DNA of 14,003 nucleotides from a virus (Duplodnaviria; Heunggongvirae; Uroviricota; Caudoviricetes), in the IMG/VR virus record IMGVR_UViG_2778261067_000003, positions 1-14,003 of that record. The stretch is one strand, 5' to 3'. Shown here piece by piece: positions 7,487 through 14,003 of the stretch. Positions within the stretch are counted from its first letter, which is position 1; each line of letters begins with the position of its first letter. A program made the translations under genes and the position numbers. The notes beneath the pieces were generated by a model, which was not told the origin of the DNA, did no database searches, and saw only the letters and a program-made list of their open reading frames with translations.

Positions 7487-7882
7487 CTAGTAACGTCTAA
7501 AATACCTAACATTTCCTTGATAAAATGCCAGTACACGCTGCATAGCTTCGCTCTTCCGGCACTCGCGACAGATTATATTCAGGCGCCTGTCGTAGCGGCG
7601 TATTTCTCCGTCTGGTAACTTTCGAATCAGTGTCGGGTCAGCAGCCTTCTCCGGTGTCTTACGCCATACGCGATACGCCTGCTCTGATGGAAATACCCCG
7701 CAATCACAGAGCCAGACATCACCACTGGCCGCAAGCGCACCAGATAAACGACGAATAGCGGTCTTACTGACACCCGTTTTATCTGCCAGTTGTCGAAAAG
7801 TTTCTCGTCCGCTCAGGCGCACGAATTCCACAATGCGCGCCTTCACTTCTTCCCGCTCTTCTGGTGTAAATACTTTTGCCAT
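7487..7882 (-). CDS. Hypothetical phage protein (about 131 aa) with an HTH-like segment and Cys pairs
   Basis: The track start at 7897 is TTG; the ATG at 7880-7882 has GGAGG 7 nt upstream (MAKVFTPEEREEVKARIVEFVRLSGRETFRQLADKTGVSKTAIRRL...WLCDCG...ICRECR...). Confidence 0.6.
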   Translation of the reverse strand: MAKVFTPEEREEVKARIVEFVRLSGRETFRQLADKTGVSKTAIRRLSGALAASGDVWLCDCGVFPSEQAYRVWRKTPEKAADPTLIRKLPDGEIRRYDRRLNIICRECRKSEAMQRVLAFYQGNVRYFRRY

Positions 7883-7897
7883 AAGCGCCTCCGGCAA

Positions 7898-8668
7898 TCA
7901 CTTTTCCGACACAATACGACCGGATGAATCGACAATCTGTCGAACAATATCCCGGTGCTTGTTCAGCTCCCGCAGCGCGGCGCAGACTCGCTCCCACTTC
8001 TGAACCTGACCTTTTGCCCGGCGCAGCTCGCGGTTAGCCACATGCAGCGATGGTAAAATCAGACCATCCGGATGTTTTCTGGTGAACGACGGCTGTGACT
8101 GCACTGTGACCGCCACACTTTCAGTTTTTATTTCTTCCTGTGTTTCCGCTTCCCGGACAGGTAACGCAATACCTGCTGGCTGAGGAATGGCTTTACCATC
8201 CGTTTCCGCTACGGATGCAGCTTCCGGCTCTGCCGGTAAATCAGCGCCCGGTATGCAGTAACGAAATTTACCGTTCTGATTTACGCGTGCCAGGCGCCCC
8301 GTTGCTGTTACGACCGCCAACGTGGAAGCAACCTTGCGAATGCTAACACCGAACTTATCCGCCAGTTCCTCACACGTTTTAGCCCCATCCTGACAGATAA
8401 ACTCAATCATCATGTCCGCGGTAACTTTTTGTTCGACCTCCCCGGTCAGCACATCCGGTACTTCAGACTGTGCTGGCTGTTCTTCGGTTACCCCGGATTC
8501 ACCTTCACCAGCCAGAAACCAGGTGTGACCCGTTTTATCAACAACGCCATTTTCTTTGAGTTCCCACAGTTCGTTGAGAACTTCTTCACGGCTGATATCA
8601 AGCCGCGCCGCCAGTTCAACAGAATTGGCTTTACCCATCGCTTTCAGTGCATGCAATACGGTTTCCAT
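7898..8668 (-). CDS. Hypothetical phage protein (256 aa) with an N-terminal winged-helix-like segment and an acidic linker
   Basis: ATG at 8666-8668 with GGAGGAAG RBS. N-terminus [43 protein letters not shown], with a second similar segment ([19 protein letters not shown]). Directly downstream of the DnaC-like gene. Confidence 0.65.
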   Translation of the reverse strand: METVLHALKAMGKANSVELAARLDISREEVLNELWELKENGVVDKTGHTWFLAGEGESGVTEEQPAQSEVPDVLTGEVEQKVTADMMIEFICQDGAKTCEELADKFGVSIRKVASTLAVVTATGRLARVNQNGKFRYCIPGADLPAEPEAASVAETDGKAIPQPAGIALPVREAETQEEIKTESVAVTVQSQPSFTRKHPDGLILPSLHVANRELRRAKGQVQKWERVCAALRELNKHRDIVRQIVDSSGRIVSEK

Positions 8669-8697
8669 TAAAACTTCCTCCGGATAAAAATTACTTC

Positions 8698-9438
8698 TCA
8701 GTTCCTGTGCTGGCTGACGTTCGGACGCCAGCTCTCCCAGTTAAACGTCACCCAGCGACCACCGTTCATGGACATGCGGTCCATCACCCGCTCGCCGAGA
8801 AGTGTATTCATCGCTGCATGGTTAAGATTTGTCAGCATCCCCACACTGAGTAACGATGCCGTTCTGCGGTCAACAATCTGATTCAGCGTGACCTGCTCAT
8901 TACGCGTATCCCGTTGCATGCCAATTTCATCCAGTACCAGCAGGTCAACGCCACACAATCCCTGCAAAAATTTTTCGCCCGAGTTTTTGTTGTCGTAGCT
9001 GCCATGTAACGCCAGCATCACATCCGCCACTGTTATCACAATCACACTGCGACCTTTCGCCAGAAGGTGGTTGCCAATAGCCGCCGCCAGGTGGTTTTTT
9101 CCTGTGCCAGGCCTGCCACTGAAAACAAAATTCGTACAGCCGCCTTCCAGCTCTGCCGCAATGGATTTCGCCTGACTCAGGGCATGGCGCTGACCATCGT
9201 TCTGCACCCGGTAGTTACCGAACGTACACTTCCGGTGAAGCAGCTGGATACCGGAGCGGTTAATAATTTTTTCAACCCGCGTCTGATGATTCAGACGATT
9301 AACCTCCTCGCTGCGCTTACGCCCTTCAGCAAGCTGCCATTCCCGCCACTCCGCCACCGTACGGTACGGAGGGATTGCATCCTGCGGCACAAATCTGCTG
9401 ACTCTTGCCAGAACACCACCTGACGTAATGTTTTTCAT
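8698..9438 (-). CDS. DnaC-like replicative helicase loader (AAA+)
   Basis: 246 aa with Walker [16 protein letters not shown] and Walker B LLVLDEIG; end-to-end resemblance to recalled E. coli DnaC (...NRSGI..L....F.NYRV......ALS.A......F.G......[15 protein letters not shown]...). Confidence 0.9.
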   Translation of the reverse strand: MKNITSGGVLARVSRFVPQDAIPPYRTVAEWREWQLAEGRKRSEEVNRLNHQTRVEKIINRSGIQLLHRKCTFGNYRVQNDGQRHALSQAKSIAAELEGGCTNFVFSGRPGTGKNHLAAAIGNHLLAKGRSVIVITVADVMLALHGSYDNKNSGEKFLQGLCGVDLLVLDEIGMQRDTRNEQVTLNQIVDRRTASLLSVGMLTNLNHAAMNTLLGERVMDRMSMNGGRWVTFNWESWRPNVSQHRN

Positions 9439-9444
9439 GGTGCG

Positions 9445-10392
9445 CTACCCCCTGAAACCCGGCGGAATTTCGGTATCCGGTTCAGAAATATGATTCACGC
9501 AACGCTGCGCGGGACCACGCCACAGTCGAATAACCAGTTCATCCCATTTCTCACGGAGTTTTTCCGGGCTCTTGATGTTTTTTATCCAGAACGGATCTCG
9601 TTGTGCCCGGCTGAACATTTCGCAAATTTGTCTGTGACTTCTTCCATCCAGCATCCGCATTGTGCGCACGTCATTGGCCCACGCCGTCCAGTTGGGCTCT
9701 TTCGGTCGCGTGATCTCACCATCGTCACTGGCAGCCTGTTCGTAAAGACTCACGATTCGTCCCCAGATCCACTGTGCGCACACCAAATCTTCCTGACTTC
9801 CCCACTGGCGTTTTTTCGCACTGAACACAACCGCGTCAGGGTGTCGGGTTAAAAAATCCTGTTCAGCCGTCTGCGGGTCCGGTTGCGAAGCGTCCGGACA
9901 AGAAGATCTTTTATCTGACGGATCAGGTTTTAATACTGACGGATCGGGGTCAATCATCGGCCCCCTAATCGGCAGTTTTTTATCAACAGTTGATCCATCA
10001 AAATTTGACGGGTCAACCGTTGAGGGGTCAATATTTGACGGGTCATTTTTTGCCGGGCTAATTTTTCTTTTCGGTTTATATGACTCACGCGCCGCCGCCG
10101 CAGCTGCTTCGAGTTTTTCCACATTAAGCCGATAGATATTGCTTACATTACGCCCACCGACCTTACGCTCTTCCTTCGTCAGCCAGCCCTCTTTCGCCAG
10201 TTCTGCAATAGCCGATTTCACTGTGGATTCACTTCTTGCACCGATCTGACGCCGGATAGTTTCAATGGCAGGCCATGACACGCCCTCGTCATTGCTGTAG
10301 TCTGCAAGACGGGCCATAACCGCCACCCTGGATAAGATCATGCCGGTGAAGGCGCACCCTTCCCAGACAAGACCATGAAGCTTGCTGCTCAT
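9445..10392 (-). CDS. Phage replication initiation protein (O-like: N-terminal HTH, repeat linker, DnaT-like C-terminus)
   Basis: Start placed at ATG 10390-10392 (MSSKL..., GGGGG upstream) rather than the track start at 10407. The C-terminus ...VNHISEPDTEIPPGFRG resembles the E. coli DnaT C-terminus (...SEPDSQIPPGFRG). A DPS-repeat linker (DPSNIDPSTVDPSNFDGSTVD) is encoded by the iteron DNA. Confidence 0.85.
   Translation of the reverse strand: MSSKLHGLVWEGCAFTGMILSRVAVMARLADYSNDEGVSWPAIETIRRQIGARSESTVKSAIAELAKEGWLTKEERKVGGRNVSNIYRLNVEKLEAAAAAARESYKPKRKISPAKNDPSNIDPSTVDPSNFDGSTVDKKLPIRGPMIDPDPSVLKPDPSDKRSSCPDASQPDPQTAEQDFLTRHPDAVVFSAKKRQWGSQEDLVCAQWIWGRIVSLYEQAASDDGEITRPKEPNWTAWANDVRTMRMLDGRSHRQICEMFSRAQRDPFWIKNIKSPEKLREKWDELVIRLWRGPAQRCVNHISEPDTEIPPGFRG
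9911..10080. repeat. Iteron-like repeats plus AT-rich tract inside the O-like gene: candidate replication origin
   Basis: TTGACGGGTCA at 10005-10015 and 10035-10045, TTGAGGGGTCA 10020-10030, TTGATCCATCA 9990-10000, TGACGGATC at 9916-9924 and 9937-9945, followed by an AT-rich stretch at about 10046-10080. This parallels lambda ori lying within gene O. Confidence 0.5.
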
Positions 10393-10414
10393 AAAACCCC
10401 CGAACACCGTGCTT

Positions 10415-10840
10415 TTAGTGCATCACCACAGCATTCCCTGCCGGGCCGCCGCGATTCATCTGGTCATACAAAACAACCGCTGACGCAACAAAATCATCGA
10501 CATCCTTCACCAGCCGATCCCTCCGTTCGACGATCTCACGGTAATATTCAGAACTGTGGCTGCGCATACGGGCCACCAGCAAAGGCGGCATCGCCTTTTC
10601 GATCGCCGGTAACAGAGCCTGCATTTTTTCAACAGCATCAGGGGTGTCTTTATCCAGCCAACGGAAAATTTTCTGGGTATTACGGGCCAGGGCTTCCGGA
10701 TGGCTGTCGTCATACAGTTCCGGGAACGTCATTCCCAGCTCGAAATACGCTTTGGTAATTTTCGCAGCCGGCACTTTTTCGCCGTCCGGATGCGCCCAGA
10801 CATTCATCGCCATGCGGATGTGTTCATGCTTGATTTTCAT
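10415..10840 (-). CDS. YdaT-like protein (CII-position regulator of Rac/Qin-type prophages)
   Basis: 141 aa, ATG at 10838-10840 with GGGGGG RBS; start overlaps the stop of the Cro-like gene (ATGA). N-terminus MKIKHEHIRMAMN... matches my recollection of the YdaT family. Confidence 0.7.
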   Translation of the reverse strand: MKIKHEHIRMAMNVWAHPDGEKVPAAKITKAYFELGMTFPELYDDSHPEALARNTQKIFRWLDKDTPDAVEKMQALLPAIEKAMPPLLVARMRSHSSEYYREIVERRDRLVKDVDDFVASAVVLYDQMNRGGPAGNAVVMH

Positions 10841-11067
10841 GAATCCCCCCCTTGGTTAGAAGGCGGATTATGATCAGAACCGGGAATGACAACCGTCGGT
10901 ATGTGTAACTCATATTTGAGCGCCCCGGCAGTGACTGCCTGAATTAGCAACGCCCATTTCCACGGAACCTCTTCCCCCCACATGCTGACTGTGGTTTTTG
11001 ACGTTCCTAGAGCTGCGGCTGTTTTAACAACTCCGCCAAAATAGCCTAATACTTCTGATTTTTTCAT
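10837..11067 (-). CDS. Cro-like / YdaS-like HTH regulator
   Basis: 76 aa from the ATG at 11065-11067 (MKKSEVLGYFGGVVKTAAALGTSKTTVSMWGEEVP...) with GGAG about 8 nt upstream. Divergent from the CI-like repressor; HTH pattern of the YdaS family. Confidence 0.7.
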   Translation of the reverse strand: MKKSEVLGYFGGVVKTAAALGTSKTTVSMWGEEVPWKWALLIQAVTAGALKYELHIPTVVIPGSDHNPPSNQGGDS

Positions 11068-11141
11068 GAGTCGCTCCATAAAACTGAACGTCAAAAGTTT
11101 AATAATCAAAACCAAAGAAAGTCAAGAAACAAAACCATCTG

Positions 11142-11159
11142 TGTTTTAAAATCAAAACA
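11142..11159. promoter_or_regulatory. Operator-like palindrome TGTTTT-N6-AAAACA abutting the repressor start codon
   Basis: TGTTTTaaaatcAAAACA at 11142-11159, a perfect 6-bp inverted repeat; the cI-like ATG is 11159-11161, implying a leaderless or very short-leader repressor mRNA. An identical motif recurs at 11864-11881. Confidence 0.5.
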
Positions 11160-11797
11160 TGAGCAAGCAAACTATATCTGAACGCATAACCCAACGTATG
11201 CATGCGCTAAACCTGAAAGGCAAAGACCTTGTCAATGGCACTGGCGCATCAAAAGGCTCCGTAAGTCAATGGATGAACGGTGGAGGAGCGCCGTCCTCGC
11301 GTTACATAAGTTCACTGGCAAAAATATTGAAAGTAAACGAAAATTGGCTTCTTAATGGAGGAGAGTTAAATACAGGTGATTCGCTTGATCTATCTTTACC
11401 GCCGATAAAAACGGTTCCGCTACTATCACTTCAGCAGGCAGCAAGCTGGAGTGATTATATGAAAAATTCCTCAATAACCTCTTGTGTGCAGCTTGTCGGA
11501 GAAATCCCGGTCAATACCTTTGCAGTTGTTCTAGAGAGTGACAGTATGTCAACATCTGGTGGGGGAGTTTCCATCCCAAATGGTTCAACAGTTTTTGTTG
11601 ATCCCGATCGAACCGTACAACCAGGAAATATTGTCCTTGCCTTACCCAAAGGGACCACAACACCTGTCATTCGTAAACTGGAGATAGAAGGGCCGGATAT
11701 TCTTTTAGTCCCCACGAATCCTCGCTACCCTTCAATTATGCTGGATGATCTATCTTGCATATTGGGCGTATGCTTTAAAATTCAACAAGATATTTAA
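11159..11797 (+). CDS. Lambda CI-type prophage repressor (N-terminal HTH, C-terminal S24 LexA-like autopeptidase)
   Basis: 212 aa. N-terminus ...LNLKGKDLVNGTGASKGSVSQWMNG... (HTH). C-terminus ...LESDSMS...VFVDPDRTVQPGNIVLA...VIRKLE... aligns with the Ser/Lys dyad region of lambda CI/LexA. Confidence 0.9.
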   Translation: MSKQTISERITQRMHALNLKGKDLVNGTGASKGSVSQWMNGGGAPSSRYISSLAKILKVNENWLLNGGELNTGDSLDLSLPPIKTVPLLSLQQAASWSDYMKNSSITSCVQLVGEIPVNTFAVVLESDSMSTSGGGVSIPNGSTVFVDPDRTVQPGNIVLALPKGTTTPVIRKLEIEGPDILLVPTNPRYPSIMLDDLSCILGVCFKIQQDI

Positions 11798-11863
11798 CCA
11801 ACCTCATCTATTTGATTAACTGTATGCCATCGTGGTGATGGCTTAACAGCTGCCTGCTTAAAA

Positions 11864-11910
11864 TGTTTTGATAAAAAAACATTGACCTGAAAAGTTCGTT
11901 TTTCTAAACT
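11864..11910 (+). promoter_or_regulatory. Second operator copy fused to a candidate promoter for the dicB-type operon
   Basis: TGTTTTgataaaAAAACA at 11864-11881, immediately followed by TTGACC (11882-11887), 17 bp, TAAACT (11905-11910). Confidence 0.45.
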
Positions 11911-12089
11911 TCATTCGTTCCCTCACCCCATCCTACAGAATGCAGGGCAATACTTCGAGTTACCAGGCAGTGGTCAGGGGTTAAGTAGCCAGCCCGAGGC
12001 GTAAGAACATGACGGCAGGGTTCAACTTTAATAACTATGCAGCAGGTTTTTGTTCCGCTACCCCGGCGTTAAGGGGAAATGAGGTCAGC

Positions 12090-12245
12090 ATGGATACTAT
12101 CGATCTTGGCAACAACGAATCTCTGGTGTACGGCGTGTTTCCAAACCAGGACGGCACCTTCACCGCAATGACGTATACAAAAAGCAAAACGTTTAAAACC
12201 GAAAATGGTGCCCGTCGCTGGCTGGAAAGAAACTCAGGTGAGTGA
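12090..12245 (+). CDS. ydfA: YdfA-like small protein (51 aa), first gene of the dicB-type operon
   Basis: ATG at 12090 with GAGG 5 nt upstream (MDTIDLGNNESLVYGVFPNQDGTFTAMTYTKSKTFKTENGARRWLERNSGE). Length and position match Qin ydfA as I recall it. The track ORF 12009..12245 is an N-terminal over-extension. Confidence 0.65.
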   Translation: MDTIDLGNNESLVYGVFPNQDGTFTAMTYTKSKTFKTENGARRWLERNSGE

Positions 12246-12246
12246 T

Positions 12247-12375
12247 ATGGATTTCAACACAATCATGGAAAAGGCTTACGAAGAATACTTCGAAGGCCTT
12301 GCCGAAGGCGAAGAAGCCCTCAGCTTCAGTGAGTTTAAACAGGCGCTTTCCAGTTCGGCAAAATCTAACGGCTGA
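12247..12375 (+). CDS. ydfB: YdfB-like small protein (42 aa)
   Basis: Not in the track (too short). ATG 12247-12249 overlaps the upstream stop (TGATATG). Translation MDFNTIMEKAYEEYFEGLAEGEEALSFSEFKQALSSSAKSNG, stop at 12373-12375. Confidence 0.6.
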   Translation: MDFNTIMEKAYEEYFEGLAEGEEALSFSEFKQALSSSAKSNG

Positions 12376-12404
12376 TAAGCGAAACAGCACCGCGAGGAAT
12401 CAGT

Positions 12405-12623
12405 ATGCAGAAACGAGAACCCGTCATCATCGCGCCAGACTATACCGATGATGAACTTTATGAGTGGATGCACCAGAAAATTAAGGCTGCGCAGGACCTG
12501 AAATGGGCCAATGAAGCCAAGACTAAGCAGGCTGAAAATCTGTCCGCTCTGGAGCAGGATATCACCAGGCTGGAAAAAGCAGCGGCATTAAGCATTGCCA
12601 GAATGATTACATACCCGCGTTAA
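12405..12623 (+). CDS. ydfC: YdfC-like small protein (72 aa)
   Basis: Track ORF with AGGAA RBS before the ATG at 12405. Length and position match Qin ydfC (72 aa) as recalled. Confidence 0.65.
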   Translation: MQKREPVIIAPDYTDDELYEWMHQKIKAAQDLKWANEAKTKQAENLSALEQDITRLEKAAALSIARMITYPR

Positions 12624-12934
12624 TAGCTAACCAACGAAGCTAAGGTTGGTAATTAAAGAGTTCTCCACGGGTGAGCATCCGGCACTGACAGTTTACTGAA
12701 AGGATATTTCCCTGAAAAGTCAGACCATAACGCGAAAGCGCACGGCGAGGTAGCTGGTTCATAGATAGCCTGTCGTTAAATTTTCGTCGACCGTGCGCTT
12801 CCGGTTGTGGCACTCCGCGAAATGGCGCGGCGGTAAGTATGGCGGGGTTATTCCTTCCCCGTTGAGGACACCGGGTTGTCAGGTTGACCATACGCTTAAG
12901 TGACAACCCCGCTGCAACGCCCTCTGTTATCAAT

Positions 12935-12992
12935 TTTCTGGTGACGTTTGGCGGTATCAGTTTTACTCCGTGACTGCTCTGCCGCCCTTTTT
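12935..12992 (+). ncRNA. dicF: DicF small regulatory RNA (ftsZ-targeting sRNA of the dicB operon)
   Basis: TTTCTGGTGACGTTTGGCGGTATCAGTTTTACTCCGTGACTGCTCTGCCGCCCTTTTT matches the DicF sequence as I remember it, ends in a T-run (12988-12992), and sits between the ydfC-like and dicB genes as in Qin. Confidence 0.75.
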
Positions 12993-13161
12993 AAAGTGAA
13001 TTTTGTGATGTGGTGAATGCGGCTGAGCGCACGCGGAACAGTTAAAACCAAAAACAGTGTTATGGGTGGATTCTCTGTATCCGGCGTTAATTGTTAACTG
13101 GTTAACGTCACCTGGAGGCACCAGGCACCGCATCACAAAATTCATTGTTGAGGACGCGATA

Positions 13162-13350
13162 ATGGAAACGTTATTACCAAACGTTAATACGTCTGAAGGT
13201 TGTTTTGAAATTGGTGTCACTATCAGTAACCCTGAATTTACTGAAGATGCCATTAACAAGAGAAAACACGAACGGGAGTTATTAAATAAAATATGCATTG
13301 TTTCAATGCTGGCCCGTTTACGCCTGATGCAAAAAGGACGCTGGCAATGA
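13162..13350 (+). CDS. dicB: Cell-division inhibitor DicB
   Basis: 62 aa from the ATG at 13162 with GAGGA RBS: METLLPNVNTSEGCFEIGVTISNPEFTEDAINKRKHERELLNKICIVSMLARLRLMQKGRWQ, near-identical to recalled E. coli DicB. The track ORF 13057..13350 is over-extended. Confidence 0.85.
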   Translation: METLLPNVNTSEGCFEIGVTISNPEFTEDAINKRKHERELLNKICIVSMLARLRLMQKGRWQ

Positions 13351-13550
13351 ATACTGCTGTTGCCCTCACTCTGACTGTTTTTCTTAATACTGGCGAACCT
13401 GTTGATGTGGTTACTGGTATATATGGTTCAATGAAAGAATGTATGGCTGCCGCAGCAGAACAGAAAATTCCTGGTAACTGTTATCCGGTCGAGAAAGTTA
13501 TTCGCATGGATAATAACGAAATCCCGGCAGGATTAAAAACAGCGCCGTAA
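13347..13550 (+). CDS. ydfD: YdfD-like small protein with hydrophobic N-terminus
   Basis: ATG 13347-13349 overlaps the dicB stop (ATGA). MNTAVALTLTVFLNTGEPVDVVTGIYGSMKECMAAAAEQKIPGNCYPVEK...; position matches ydfD in Qin. Confidence 0.7.
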   Translation: MNTAVALTLTVFLNTGEPVDVVTGIYGSMKECMAAAAEQKIPGNCYPVEKVIRMDNNEIPAGLKTAP

Positions 13551-13629
13551 TTAATATCCAGTTTCATTTTTATATGCCAGCAATGGCAGGGATTTGTTCA
13601 CCCTTAAATCTGTAATGAGGTAAAACAAA

Positions 13630-14003
13630 ATGAGTAAAGTCTTTATTTGCGCCGCCATTCCGGACGAACAGGCAATAAAGGAAGAAGGTGCAGTCGCTGT
13701 AGCCACTGCCATTGAAGCCGGTGATGAACGTCGCGCCCGTGCAAAATTTCACTGGCAATTCCTGGAACATTATCCGGCTGCTCAGGACTGCGCTTATAAA
13801 TTTCTTGTTTGCGAGGATAAACCCGGTATACCCCGCCCTGCCCTCGATTCCTGGGATGCTGAATATATGCAGGAAAACCGCTGGGATGAGGAGTCTGCTT
13901 CCTTTGTCCCGGTTGAGACTGAATCAGATCCGATGAACGTCACTTTTGACAAGCTGGCCCCTGAAGTACAGAACGCTGTCATGGTTAAGTTCGACACATG
14001 TGA
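13630..14003 (+). CDS. YdfE-like protein, N-terminal part (open to the right window edge)
   Basis: ATG at 13630 with GAGG RBS; the frame stays open for 124 codons to the window end (MSKVFICAAIPDEQAIKEEGAVAVATAIEAGDERRARAKFHWQFLEHYPAAQDCAYKF...). Missing from the track because there is no stop. Competing track ORFs here are in other frames or antisense. Confidence 0.6.
   Translation, partial: MSKVFICAAIPDEQAIKEEGAVAVATAIEAGDERRARAKFHWQFLEHYPAAQDCAYKFLVCEDKPGIPRPALDSWDAEYMQENRWDEESASFVPVETESDPMNVTFDKLAPEVQNAVMVKFDTC

Noticed and set aside
7779-10859. Alternative-frame and antisense ORFs within the replication/early operon (7779..7997, 8140..8346, 8429..8671, 8647..8853, 9067..9423, 9490..9852, 10375..10758, 10507..10713, 10644..10859)
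   Set aside because: They overlap the O-like, DnaC-like, YdaT-like and neighbouring genes, which have clear motifs and RBSs.
11455-11715. 86-aa minus-strand ORF
   Set aside because: Antisense within the CI-like repressor gene.
12193-12473. Track ORFs 12193..12390 (-), 12242..12451 (+) and 12276..12473 (-)
   Set aside because: Wrong frame or antisense relative to the tightly packed ydfA/ydfB/ydfC-like genes, which have RBSs and coupled stops and starts.
12640-13298. Minus-strand ORFs 12640..12933 (97 aa) and 12963..13298 (111 aa)
   Set aside because: Arg-rich, low-complexity translations antisense to the DicF precursor region and dicB; this stretch is better explained by the sRNA, its processing structures and dicB.
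13570-13997. Track ORFs 13570..13770 (-), 13712..13936 (+) and 13794..13997 (-)
   Set aside because: They compete with a longer frame open from the ATG at 13630 to the window edge, which has an RBS and matches the expected ydfE position.
1-14003. CRISPR arrays, tRNA or rRNA genes
   Set aside because: No regularly spaced direct repeats and no tRNA-like cloverleaf segments were seen by eye; not checked with a dedicated tool.

Overview
This window looks like the early/immunity, replication and nin region of a Qin/Rac-type lambdoid prophage from Escherichia/Shigella, drawn so that the rightward (pR) operon runs on the minus strand. All calls come from reading the sequence and ORF track by eye against recalled protein families; no search was run. 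Right to left on the minus strand: Cro-like and YdaT/CII-like regulators, an O-like initiator with DnaT-like C-terminus and internal iteron/AT-rich origin, a DnaC-like loader, two uncharacterised proteins, a QueH homolog, a Type II R-M cassette (C5-methyltransferase plus NgoMIV/Cfr10I-family endonuclease) closed by its own terminator, a small protein, a DUF968/YdfU-like protein, RusA, a Q-like antiterminator, and a pR'-like promoter with tR'-like terminator. Beyond that lies an AT-rich moron (multi-pass membrane protein plus small HTH-like protein) and a DPPY adenine methyltransferase gene cut by an IS2 end at the left edge. On the plus strand a leaderless lambda-CI-type (HTH + S24) repressor is followed by a dicB-type operon (ydfA/ydfB/ydfC-like ORFs, DicF sRNA, DicB, YdfD-like, start of YdfE-like). 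Many track ORFs are antisense shadows, and several track starts are GTG/TTG printed as M, so I re-picked starts on ATG plus RBS. The most interesting items are the R-M cassette, the solitary QueH, the AT-rich moron at the stx-equivalent position, the repeated TGTTTT-N6-AAAACA operator, and long-range inverted repeats around DicF.
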